Shown one piece after another: positions 26,368-38,440 of a DNA stretch of 64,000 nt. A program made the translations under genes and the position numbers. This DNA comes from Camelus ferus. Taxonomy: Eukaryota. The stretch covers positions 67,892,001 through 67,956,000 of the forward strand of contig NC_045697.1 in the NCBI RefSeq assembly GCF_009834535.1, in the 5' to 3' direction. Within the stretch, counting starts at the first letter, position 1; every line of letters begins with the position of its first letter. The notes under the pieces were generated by a model. That model made no database searches. It saw only the letters and a list, made by a program, of their open reading frames with translations, and was not told the origin of the DNA.

Positions 26368-26614
26368 TAATGTTCTTTATTATTGAGTGTTATAGAGCAA
26401 GATTTTAATTTTCAACATTGACAAGGAGAAAATTTTTAAAAAATTAGTCTCCAACCATATAACACTTTACTCTATTCAACTTTCCTACTCATTTAAGATG
26501 TACTAAGAAACAAATTATACTGGCTGGTGTTACTGACCTGATCACTACAGATCATTTTAAATATCTTATGTATCAATATTAAATATCTTATGTATCAAAA
26601 TCACTTTATTATAT

Positions 26615-26830
26615 AATAATAGCTATTACTGGTTAATGGAGCTGTGACAGGTAGTATCCTGAGCAATTCCTATGTACCATCCCACTGAATTCTTAAATAT
26701 CCCTTAAGTAAGTAGCTTCATTATCCCTATTTTATAGGTGAGAAAACTAAGGCAATATAGGTTAAGTAACTTTTCTGATAACTTTCAGCTACCAAGCACT
26801 AGAGTGACACTTGAAACCTAAGGACTGGGA
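26615..26830 (-). mobile_element. MIR SINE
   Basis: 'attatccctattttataggtgagaaaactaaggc...ggttaagtaactt...ttgaaaccta'. Confidence 0.8.
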
Positions 26831-29569
26831 ATTGATTACAAAACAACAACAGCAACAACAAAAACCCCAATAAAACAAAAAATACACCCACAAACAAACA
26901 AAAAGCACTAACCTCTTTGGTTTTCTTTACTAATGAATAATGATAGAAAGAAATGTCCATTTCCCACCTAGGATATGCTAAGCTCACAGGCTTTCTGCTA
27001 TAATATTTGTCATTCATAGAAAAGTGTCATGATGCTAAACCATAATATCTGTAAACTATTACCATTATTGGATCTATATTTTGGGTTAACCTTTGACATG
27101 TTCAAATGTTATAAACATCAATAATCTTGCTACAGAAAGATAATTACTAGGCTGGCAGCAACATTTCCACATGGCCATGGGTATCAGGAGAGGGTCAAGA
27201 AATACAGTATAAAAAACCTGCCACATAGGATGGGCTGCATGCTACACAGTAAAGGGCAAAAATAAGGTGTGATGATGAAAACAAAGAAGCTGAATGTTGA
27301 CGGTAACCGTTGCCATGTCAATGTATCATAAACAGATTGTCCTCCTTAGACCAGGTTCAAGGACTTGGCTGTCACACCTGTCCATGAATTTGAGCATTGA
27401 GAAGGAATTAAGTCTAAGCAATCTTTACAAAACTTCCACTTCCTAGAAGTGGATGGCTACCAAAATTGAGAAACAGGGAACAGCGCACTAGTCCTCACAA
27501 TCTATAAAGAAAAGTTGAATAAAACAAGGTAAATGAAACTAAGGTAAATGAATACTAAGAAGTAGATGCTATTCACTGAAATGTGATTTTGAAGCTAAAA
27601 AATGATGTAAGAAATGGCTGTAGTTAGGCAAATATTATTAAAATTCAGTCTCCTAATATCAATAATGATATGATATATTGGAAGGAAAGGCAATAAGCTA
27701 TCATTATAATGGTTAAAGTCACTTAGGAGGACAAGAATGATGCTCACTCTTACGATGACCCAGAGAGATAGCTTCCGCATGTTGTTATTGAACAAAGGGT
27801 CATTATTTGGCCAACAATGTTAAGGCATCTGTAAAGTAGGGAGATACTTCAGAATGAACATTGCTATATTCGATCATTGAGATCTACATTTGGAAGCTTC
27901 TGTGTCTCACATAATTGTTTTATAACCACCCCTCCCATGCCCAATAGTCTTTTAAAGATGATTTAAAGGAGAATGCTAAGTTACAACAGGCAGATTTAAA
28001 TAATTACTTCTGGAGGCCCCATACTCTACGTTCCTAATTAATGATATATTTTCATTTCAGCCCCTCAGGAAAGGTTAGAAAATCAAGAATTTCTCTTTAA
28101 GGAATAAGAGCCCATCTAATATTTTTTAAAAGGCAAATGAATCAAATTAAAAACAACTAATTTTTATTTTATATAACTATTATCATCAATTTTAAATATC
28201 ATCACAGAAGAATAAAATAGAAAAATCAAAATTGGTATTTAAAAGTCTTTTACTGTATCTTTTCATGTTAAAGCAGGGTTTTCCTAATTTCAGATCCTTA
28301 ATAAAATGAAAAGTTAACTGGAGTTTATTAGGTATGAAAATTAGAAAACAGGCGATTGGGCAATTGTGTGATGTCTTGGAACAAGTTATACAAACGAGGC
28401 TGCACATAACACATCATAGGAGAGAAAGTCCTGTTACAATCACTCTAAGCCTCTTTCTTTCAGTTAAATATTATAGCACAAATTTATCAAATATTCCTCT
28501 CTAGAAGTGAAAAATCTTTGGCAACTTAGACAAACTGAGAAAAAAGAATTTTAGTAATTAAATGGACATTTATTAGAAAACAAGTGCATTTTAAAATTTA
28601 AACAAAATTTAAATTAAAGTAAAAAAGCTTAAACTTAAAATTTACATTTTAAAATTTACAAAATTATTCTATTTTTCTCGGTAATGTTAGAAAGTTAACA
28701 TTGCAAATAAATGATCAATTTTCACTGTAACTGAAGTGGGGAATAGATCAGGGTAAAATTTAATGCCTTGTACCTTGTTTTACCTTGTTTTGACTTTGTA
28801 GCAATAAAAAAAAGGGTGAAAATAATTCTCTCTATCCACTTGGGGATGTTGTGAAATTGCTTCACACTCTTCAAGGATATAGCTTCCCTAATATGTAGGT
28901 TTATTTTTAAATTTATTAACTATATTAAAATTTTCAACTATCTAGTATTTTTAATTCTTCAACAAATAATGTATCTTAGAAATACCATTAGAACTCCAAA
29001 AGATGTGTTACATCAGCATATTAATTTTAGTCTGAGGAGTCAGTCCAAAATAAACAAATGATATGGAAGATGTGTTTGGTTAGAAAACAATGCATCCTTG
29101 TTGCTTTACTTTCCTTCAGAATAAATGACACATATTATTGTGAATAGACCTCAGCAAAATACCTAGAGAAAAAGCTGTGAAATTGTTCAATAGTCAAGAA
29201 AGATCTATGATAATGAGATACTGACAACTCTGCAAGTGGAACAGACTGGAAGCTACTTGGTAAATTGTGCTTTTAGTGTAGCATTATATGAGTCCATCTT
29301 TGAAAGTATCTAAAACAAATAAACATTCAAGGTCATATGTTTATCTTTTTAAGATCAAAACTTAGCTTGATTGAACAATTCAGACTGACTTATTTTCTGT
29401 ATATTCTACTTTCTTGACTAAGTAAACTTAATATTTAAATTTCTCTTGGTTCATCAGAGACATCATTAAAAGCAAATTTATTTGTCTTGAATTAAGATAA
29501 TAGTGATCTCAAGGGAACTTAAGAGGCAGTCCAGGCCCTAAATTGCCTCACTGGGGCTTTTATAAAATG

Positions 29570-30330
29570 TATTATGCATTAGTGAATATAAATATGTTTA
29601 CTGATCATTTATATCCAAACACTACAATAGGTTCAAAGGGGATTAGAACATGAAGAATATATATTTACCCTTAATAAATTTATATAGTGTTTTAAAGGAT
29701 ATAAGATTTCAACAGAAGCAGAAAACAATGCACAAAATATTATTTCATGAAATCATAAATAAGCAATAGCTACAGTTGAGAATATGAGGAGACAAGCTGA
29801 AGTGTAGGAAGGAAGGAAAACTCAGAAATGCAGCTATAGTTTTAGGCATCAGAACCATGTAAGTGTACGGACTGCCATGATAAGGAATTTAGAGAGAGAA
29901 GTATATGAGAAGGAAAATAAAAACCCATAGGATCAACTTAAAGAATGAGGACATGATGAGTACTTGGAAATAGAATAAATTATATAGAATTGATAAATAG
30001 ATGCCTTGAACAATATAAGGTCATGGAAGCCAATGAGGAACAACTGCAAGAGGAAATACTCTTTTTCATTATAGGTTACTACAAGATATTGAGTAGAGTT
30101 CCCTCTGCTACATTTTAATCAAAAAAAAAAAAAAAGAAAAAGAAAAGACAAGAAAAAACAAGAAATAAAAAAGAGGAAATAGATGTCAACAGTGTCTAAT
30201 GCTATACAGACTTCTAGATGAATGGAGTCAGGCAATGGGAACTTTAGTGATTAGACAGAGTTTAGGAATCTTCAACTTTTATTAAAGTGATTGGAGTAGC
30301 ATGCAAACCACCAAGTATTACTTAGAAATG
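29570..30330 (-). mobile_element. L2 LINE fragment, interrupted by a mini-L1
   Basis: 'gtcatggaagccaatgagga...tgtcaacagtgtctaatgct' L2 antisense phrases. Confidence 0.55.
30059..30170 (+). mobile_element. Mini L1 insertion with 5' inversion (twin priming)
   Basis: TSD AAGAGGAAATA at 30048-30058 and 30171-30181; about 54 bp of antisense L1 3'UTR (matches 16361-16413) followed by a + strand A-rich tail. Confidence 0.85.
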
Positions 30331-31112
30331 GAGAAGTGGAAATGTAAGAGACTGATGAATTTTACTTTTGAATTTAATATTGTCCATCACCTTGACAGGC
30401 TGTAATTTAAGATAAGGGCAGTAACACTAACATACTAATAGGTTTATTGTGAGATTTTTGTGGGAAATTGAGATTTAAAAAATGTGAGGTGGTTCATAAA
30501 TACCGATGAATCTGCTAGTGAGTGACACACCTATCATCTTTTATCATGACAATGACATTTTTAAAAAGTTGGTTTTACAAAAATTGTAGGTGTCTTTGTT
30601 CAAAATTTTAAGGATATATTCCACTCTTTTGAAAATCTTTTGATATTACACTATTTGTAATCTATGATTGCCTTAAAAGGGTAACAATACTTTTTTTGTG
30701 TTCCTATTGCTGTGTATACATATATTCATAGATTGTTTTAATTTTTAAAGGAAATTTAATTAAGCTTGTAATTATGAGAGGGATAGTTTGAAGGTCTATA
30801 AGAGTAAAGAAATACAAAAGTACATGAGGTCTCTGAAAGGGAAGGAGAACATAGGGTAAAAGGAGAAGTCATTTTGTAAGCTGACAAGCAGGTGGAAGAC
30901 CTCTTTCACTTTGGGCAAAAAGAAAGAAGAAAATTTGTTTCCAACATTGCCCTAGATTCTTTTTCTATATGGTTTCTTATTTCTCTGCCATTTTCCATAA
31001 CCACTTTTAAAACAATTCAATAATCCAGTCATGGTCCTTATCACACTGTTTTTCCTACTACTTTCAGCAGATATCCTTGTCTTTTATTTCTCACAGAACT
31101 AAGTTTCCTGCC

Positions 31113-33254
31113 TGTATTGGTCAGCTATTGCAGCATAACAAAACACCCCCAAAACACAGTGGCTGACAGTGATGGATATTTATTCTCATGCTCATAGGTC
31201 TATAGTTCAGCTAGAGTGGCTCTTAAAGATTAATTGGAATGGCTTTACTTTAGTCTGCTTATGTATAGGTCAGCTGGGACTACTCTATCCCATATGTGTA
31301 GCCTAGCGGTGCAGGGGTTACCAGTGCCACGGTTTTCCTCATCACAGAGGTCAAAAACTCCAGGAGAGCTCACAAAAAGTGTGATGTGTCTTAAGGTCTA
31401 TTCTGTTATTTCCATTGCCATTTCAGGCCTCATGTTCAAATGTAAAATCAATGAGCTTAGAAGAATACTGCACCCATAGTGGGAAGTAGTGGGAAGTGAC
31501 TATTTGATGAATAATCATCTATTAGAGTTTACCCTCTTCTTTAGAAATATTCTAAAGAATATTCTTTTGAAATATGCCCTCTTGCATGCAAAACACAGGT
31601 ACTCCTAAGACTACTGATAGTCTTAACTGTTACAAAGGTATCAGATTTTAAGACAACAATCTTATCATCTGCATTCTGTCCAGCTGCAAACCCTCTTGAT
31701 CTGAATATTTATGAACCAAAGAGGCAAATCATTTACTCTCCACTCACCTAACCTACGATGGTGAAACAAACAAGAATATCCACAATAAATATTTTCATTC
31801 CACAGGGAGAAGTGTAAGAGACAGGATTAATAGTTAACAGTCCACATGAATTCTAAACTCCTGCAGGATAAACATTGCCAGAGGCCCCTATCCTTGATTT
31901 AATTCCAAATTTGCTCCCCCAAAGTGGCAACCCATTCTCCACTGATCCCCACCACACTTGGTGTTACCCTCTGGGAGCTCCTCCTTTATCTTTAATCCTC
32001 CTCAGCTACTTTTGAAGCAGTACTGCTTGGTGAATAAACAGCTTTCTCAGACTGATTCTTGTCTGTACAAAGCTGGTGGCTCTCAGGAACTTTTGCATTG
32101 AAATAGATTGTCTCATTTGTTCAGGCTGGTAGTGACTTTGTTAACGTAGGTTTCTGTAAGCTGTGGATTTCTGATGTGTTTGATGCCAGTGAACTCCAAC
32201 AGCCAAAAGGCAGAGCCACAAGAGTTTGGATTTTTGCTGCTGTTTGTCTGTTTGTTTGGGCATGCTGCTTTTTTTCTTCAGACATAATTATAGTTGTTTT
32301 TACTTATCAAGCTTCTGTAGGACCACACCTTTGTGCTTTCCAGTGGCTCTTTGTCCAGCTTGGTAAATGAACTAGAGGCCACTTTAATTCACTTAGAGAT
32401 CTTAACAAAAGGTATTTACAGTCTTATGTAGTGCTCTGGATTTTTGTCTTTTTCCTGAAGCTTTGTTGTAATGGTTATACCTACAATTTTAACCCTGCAA
32501 TTTCTCATTTCTCTATATTCCTTCCAAGTTCTGATTTCAAACTGCCCAGTTGTTTTCTGGAGTCTTTTTTTTCCCCCTCCCTGGAGTATCTTACCAAATG
32601 CATCTAGTAGCATCTATCTTGTGCTACTCAAAACTTTCTTGCCCAATACTATAGTTTCATTAGGTATTTGTTCTATCTTCTAAGTTACCAGAAGCAAATG
32701 TTTTTATCAAATATTTTTCCCATTACATACCACGGCTCACTATTATCCAGCCTCTGATAAGAGTTTCCTTGTTATCTGTTAGTCTCAAAGTCATTGTGAC
32801 CAATTGCTAACATTCTGAGTCATCGCCACCCTAGCTACCAGTTAATTTATTTACTCCACTATTGTTACATAACAAACCATCCCAAAATTCAGTGATATAC
32901 AATAACTATTTATTCTCAGTGAGAATTTTCACTTATTCAAAAACCATTTATTTTCACAGGCGTTCAGGTTGGTTGGGGAATTCTGCTACATCCATTTTAC
33001 TCAGAGGCTCAGGCCAGAGGGGCAGAAGCTATGTGGGGATATGATCTTCATAGTGGAGGTCAAAAGTTTCCAGACAGTTGCAGAGAAACACTTGATCATC
33101 TTAAGACTTACATTTGGTATTCATGTTCTGCCTTCAGTGGCCAAAGCTTTTGTCACGTGGAAAATCCAAAATCAATGAGGTATGCAAAGAGACTGCCTAC
33201 AGTGGGGCAGGGAATGCAGTCACCATTTCCTGAACAATAACACAGACATTCACA
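31113..33254 (-). mobile_element. Full-structure MaLR provirus (MLT1H/J-like LTR-int-LTR)
   Basis: Two related LTRs (about 31113-31525 and 32845-33254); TG...CA outer ends; perfect 5-bp TSD CTGCC (31108-31112, 33255-33259). Confidence 0.85.
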
Positions 33255-33259
33255 CTGCC

Positions 33260-33705
33260 TCGTTTATTCTCCTGTTCCTAGATCCTCTCCCACTTCCTTC
33301 TTTCAGCTATCACAGTGGGATACGTGCCATACATCTTTACTCGGGTTCCATCTTAAATTTGCCTTTTCAAGGATACCGCTGTCATCATGCCATCTTTGTA
33401 ATAGTTTCATTACTTATTCTACCAGCTATTTCAGACTTAACCCTAATTGTTAAGTAACTTTTAGTTAAAAGTTCTCCCTTGATGCTATATCCCATCAGAC
33501 GGATTCTGACTCTTGAAACCTCAACCACCTGTCCCCACCTCCCTGACAAAGACACACACAAAAGATGGGTACACATACATATGTACAATATTATGAGTTC
33601 CTTTTACTTAGGGGCCATATTTTACTTCCATATTTTTAAATCCAGAGCCATGCATAGTGTATGTCACATAGTAATTAATAAGTATTAAGCAAATGAATGA
33701 GAGTT
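33260..33705 (+). mobile_element. L2 fragment (host of the MaLR insertion)
   Basis: Ends in an L2-type tail 'catagtaattaataagtattaagcaaatgaatga'. Confidence 0.5.
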
Positions 33706-35454
33706 GAATATGACTGGATGCTATTTTGTAGTTGGATAGTGGAATGTAAGGTACGGAAACATTTTCTATCTACTCTCACAGTCAAAATGCTTTCATTTCT
33801 TGTTAATGTCTTCACCTCTTAGCAGGTTCGCTCAGGTTTGATTTACTTATTTTAATCAGCTGTGAGCCAGAGTGCTTGATCACTGAGCCTATTAAGCTCA
33901 CTTGAGAGAAGTGACTCAGGGGCTAACAGCTCTTATGAGTAAAGGTTGTATATGTGGCATGAGCAGAAATGCTTGAACTCTGTGTCACCTGATTGGCTGT
34001 AGTTTCCGTGAAGGTAGGCTGAGGTGTGTGTTCCTCACCCTTATATCCAGCAGCTATCAAATAGTAAACCCTGAATGAGTAAGTAAATGAATGAATAAAT
34101 GTTCCTGGCTGATTTCCTTCTCCAAACAATATGATTATCAGATGAGTGTTCTCTGCCTCTAAGTGGAAGCACTGTGTATCCTTTCATTTAGCCATAAAAC
34201 TTACTCCAAATATGAGACATTAGGCTTTGTTTCAAATTATATTCACTGTAAATCTACAAAATAGGGAATAATTTAGGAAGTTAAACAAAAATGAAAATAG
34301 GTTATATTTTTGTCTTGAAAAGTTTTATTTTTGAACAAATGTTTGTTAACCAGCTTTTACTTCATTGAAATATAGTTCCTTGCAGTATGTACTATACTAG
34401 CAATACCAACTGCCATTACAATAAGGGGCATAAACTTTATTTATTAGCAATCTGAAATAAAAATGAGAACTTCTAAGAAAAAAAGAGAAACCTATAAGAA
34501 AAAGAAAAAGAAACAACTGTAATACTCTTTTATTTTGTGCAGATGTATGTTGAAAGGGGAAACTTTGGTTCACTTATCAGACAAATTAATCATAACTTCC
34601 TCTGCAACAAACACATTTTTGGCCCATTATTGGTTTACAATAAAATAGAAAAAAGCAATTGAATGTCAGGATACACCCCACTGGGACAAACATAATTTTT
34701 TATCTTTTAATTTCCATGTACAAAATTGCTGATGTTCTTCAATAGATGCTCACTTATCAGAAAAAGTCAGAATTAGATATTGGAAGCTGATTGAAAATTC
34801 TCAAGAAAAATAACAGCAAGATGTCTTCATAAATCACATTACTTGGTCAAAATCATTGCACATAAAACACATTAATGAAAATCTATTGTAACTCAAATCA
34901 CATTCCTGAAAGACTTTTGCAACATTTCTTTCAAAGTTTTGATCTCCTCACACACACACTGCTTACATAATGAGGGTATTGCTTCAGGATTTGAACGTAG
35001 ATCAGTACAAACTAGGGTTGTGAGTTTTCAAATATATAGTAAATGGATAATTATTTTTGTGTCAGATGGAATTTAGGTTTTATAAACAAAGAGAATTTCA
35101 TGAAGTAATCAGGTTTGAACTGCATTTTTAAAGGAAGTGAGTGAAAAAAATATGATTGTCAATGAAAATTTTTTCCCATTGTAAAAGTATAGAGGTTAAA
35201 TGTAAAAAGTATTAGAGGCTAAAAATAGGTATTAAATTATTTTAGGATAATATATTCACAATTCCACCCAATTAAAGGTGGGTATACATATTACAATTGA
35301 GTATGAAGTATTAATCTTAAGACATATTCTGAGTTGTCTTAAAATTCAAACTATCAAAAACTTGGTATCAAAGAAGTTTTCAAGGAGGATGATTTGCAAA
35401 TCCCAACAGATAGAACCAGCTGTTTGCCTGGTAGTTAAAACCTAACTGAAAACA

Positions 35455-35720
35455 CAAACTAGAGGGAAGGGAACCAACTTTTGTAGAGAGTCTGCTACAT
35501 CCCCTAGTACATACATACCAGGTATCTAGTGATTCTCTGTGAATTATTTGATTAAGTACTCACAACAGGTGATGTAGGCTCAATTATCCTCAATTTACAA
35601 ATGAGAAAACTGAAGCTCAGAATTTAAAGCATAAAAGATGTGAACTGTCACATATAAACAACAGAGGCAGGATTGAAACCAAAGAACTCTGTGACTCCAG
35701 AGGTTTTCTTTTCAGCAACA
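35455..35720 (-). mobile_element. MIR SINE
   Basis: 'attatcctcaatttacaaatgagaaaactgaagctcag...agaggcaggattgaaacc...tgactccaga'. Confidence 0.8.
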
Positions 35721-36739
35721 TATTGTCCCCCTGACAATATATTTTGCCTTGCAGAAATCTCACTAGCAATAAGAACAATAAGAAATGTTAACTATCGAAT
35801 AACCTTATTTTTTTTCTGTATATTGGTTGAACAACTAATTTAGAGATGTGTTGCACACATCAGGGCATAAGAACTTTTAGAAAGAACCAGAAACACAAGC
35901 TAGACATAAAGACCTAAATAGATGTTTGGGAATATTTATATGCATATAGTAGTTGAAAACATGTGTTTCAAATATCAGGCCTCCAGAGGTCAGACAGATG
36001 GCTGGGTCTGAGAGATAACAATGAATAGGGCAGGAGGAAGGTTGTTTAGAATAAGAAATATTAAAGAGTTCAGCAGTCAAGAATAATAATAAAGAAATAG
36101 TGGAGAAGAAAATATTATCAAAGACATTGCAAGAAGTTCTTCCACAAAGAGAAGCATTATCTTCTGAACCACTTTATATTTAGTATTTGCTTAAAATTGT
36201 AGGGTGACAAGTTGCAATTGTTGCCCCCAAGCCCTAATAATATGGGTTTGTAGTGAGAAAGTATCAGGGTAGATGTTTTCCTTTTTTTCCTCTCCACCCA
36301 GATTGAGGGCAGAGGCAGACAATTATATCACCATCCCTCATGGTGAAGCGTCCTGGGGACTGATGGGAGGCCTTCGATAGACTCAACTCTATGCAGCGGT
36401 CTCCAATTCCACCACCCACCCTACACAGGCTTTAGAATTCTGAATGGGCAGTCTGATGAACAAAGATTTAGAACTTTAGGGCCAGGGAGGGACATTCCAG
36501 TCTTTATAGTTCTATGTGTGTGTTCTCGTTATTTCAGGTCTCAAAAAAAAAAATTGTTCCTTTATATCCATACTACTTCAGTCTTGTTTCTGCATCAGTA
36601 TGCTTCCAAATACATTTCTTGTTATGGATTCATATATCAATTCTATGGTAATGAATCACAAAATTAAGTATCTTAAGCATGAAGAACATATCTCTCTATA
36701 TGCATACTGGATAATCTTGACTCAAATTTAGCATGTGTA

Positions 36740-36945
36740 AAATGTGGTCTGGAATTTCAAGCTCACAGCGTTCTAGCTATATGAAATCAAATTACCTAAC
36801 TTCCCTTTGCCATAATTCCCTCATATCTAAAATTGGAATAAAATAACTCTTCCTTATATGGTTGTCCTAGAAGCAAATGGGTTGTTACATACAACGGATG
36901 TGCTTAAAATAGTGACTGGCATATGATAAATATTCAATAAATTAT
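36740..36945 (+). mobile_element. MIR SINE
   Basis: 'aattacctaacttccct...ccctcatatctaaaattggaata...agtgactggcatatgataaatattcaataaa'. Confidence 0.7.
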
Positions 36946-36984
36946 ACATTTACCTCTATAAGTGTTCTGTTCTTCTTTCACACT

Positions 36985-37380
36985 TTTTAAGTCAGGGTAA
37001 GCTGGCCAAGCTGTCATAAAAGCAACCCATAATCATAGTCAATTTACACATGAAAAAATTCGTATCTCACTTAACTTGTGATTAGGATTGGATGACATTC
37101 TAGGGTTGCTTCTCTCCATCTAGTGACTTATGGATCTAGTCACTAGTCCCTGAGTGGTTCAGTCATCTCAGCTCTGGTTCTCTGTTATCAAGGTCAGGGA
37201 AGAAAGATCAAGAGTGTTGCTCACCACTTAAGTTATTCTTTTCCCAGGAGGGACACACATCCTTTCTGCTCACAGCTCACTGATGAGAAGTAGTTAGATG
37301 ACCTTACCTTACAGCGAGAGGGATGAGCACTATGGGAGCATGAATAGATATTTGGTGAGCATTAAATGGCTGTGTCCCAA
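36985..37380 (-). mobile_element. MLT1 (K/L-like) MaLR LTR
   Basis: 'agtcagggtaagctgg...gacacacatcctttctgctcacagctcactg...atatttggtgagca'. Confidence 0.7.
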
Positions 37381-37384
37381 CTGA

Positions 37385-38320
37385 GACATTACCATTCACC
37401 CAGTGAGCCAAGATGGAAATCTTGAACTTATAACTGAGTTCTCCCCTTTCCCCTTCATCTATATATTTGCTTCAACTAAGTCCTCTCACTTCCCTCCCTT
37501 TAATGTCTCTAAGATGAGCTTCCTCATCTCTACTATTGCTTCTGCTCCAGTGGACACAGACTCATACAGTGTTCTGACCCATCTGTCTGACTCCAGCTGT
37601 CTGCAGTATAATCTACCCTCCTCAGTACTTTCAGAGTTACCACTATAAATATATGGCTATGAGATTTCTTGGTATACAAGAGTTCTGTTTTCTTTTATTT
37701 CCTGTAATTAGAGCATTCTCCTTCTGGATGCTGGTAGTTTTGTAAGAGAGAAAAGAAAGTACTGGATGGTCTTGTACTAGCAATGAAATGTTTTGGCCTG
37801 TGAGTGATATCTCTTGATTTCTACTCACAACTCATTGGTCAAAACTGGCTTAAAAGGCCCTTAACAATTTAAAAATCCTAACTCTCCTGGCCTACTTTCT
37901 GTTCACTTTTATTACAACCTCCGCATCCTATTTTTTCTTTCTAATTTCAAAAAATATTCATTGTGTAATTACTATGAGTCAGGGATCACATACTTCCATA
38001 TGAACAGTCATCTTTTCATTCTTTACTCACATTTTTATCTCCCTAAATATTTCCCTTTTCATATAATACCAGAAAAAAAAATCTTTAAGGCATGATTTAA
38101 ATTTACCCATGTAGGAGTACCCAAATACCCATTCTATACCCACCCAAAAAATTAATTCCACAGCATTTGTTCATTTCTTCAGTGTTAATGCCTGAATTCC
38201 TAAAGTTATCCTACATTACAGACTGTTAGCCCCTTCAGGGTGAAGAACCCATATAATTCATCTTTGTATTTCCAGAACTTGGCACAAATTATGTATGTTC
38301 AATTTGTGAATTGAACTAAA
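37385..38320 (+). mobile_element. L2 fragment containing a further short MLT1-like piece near 37650-37860
   Basis: 'accattcacccagtgagccaag', 'agactgttagccccttcaggg...ttcatctttgtattccagaacttggcac'. Confidence 0.55.
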
Positions 38321-38440
38321 AATCTGGCAACAATTCTATAGAGCGAACAGTTGAGGGAACACTTCACATCTGAAGTACTAATTCTAAAGCTTCTCTACAA
38401 TTAGGCTTTGACTCCATAAATCACTACCATGTAAGTAAAC

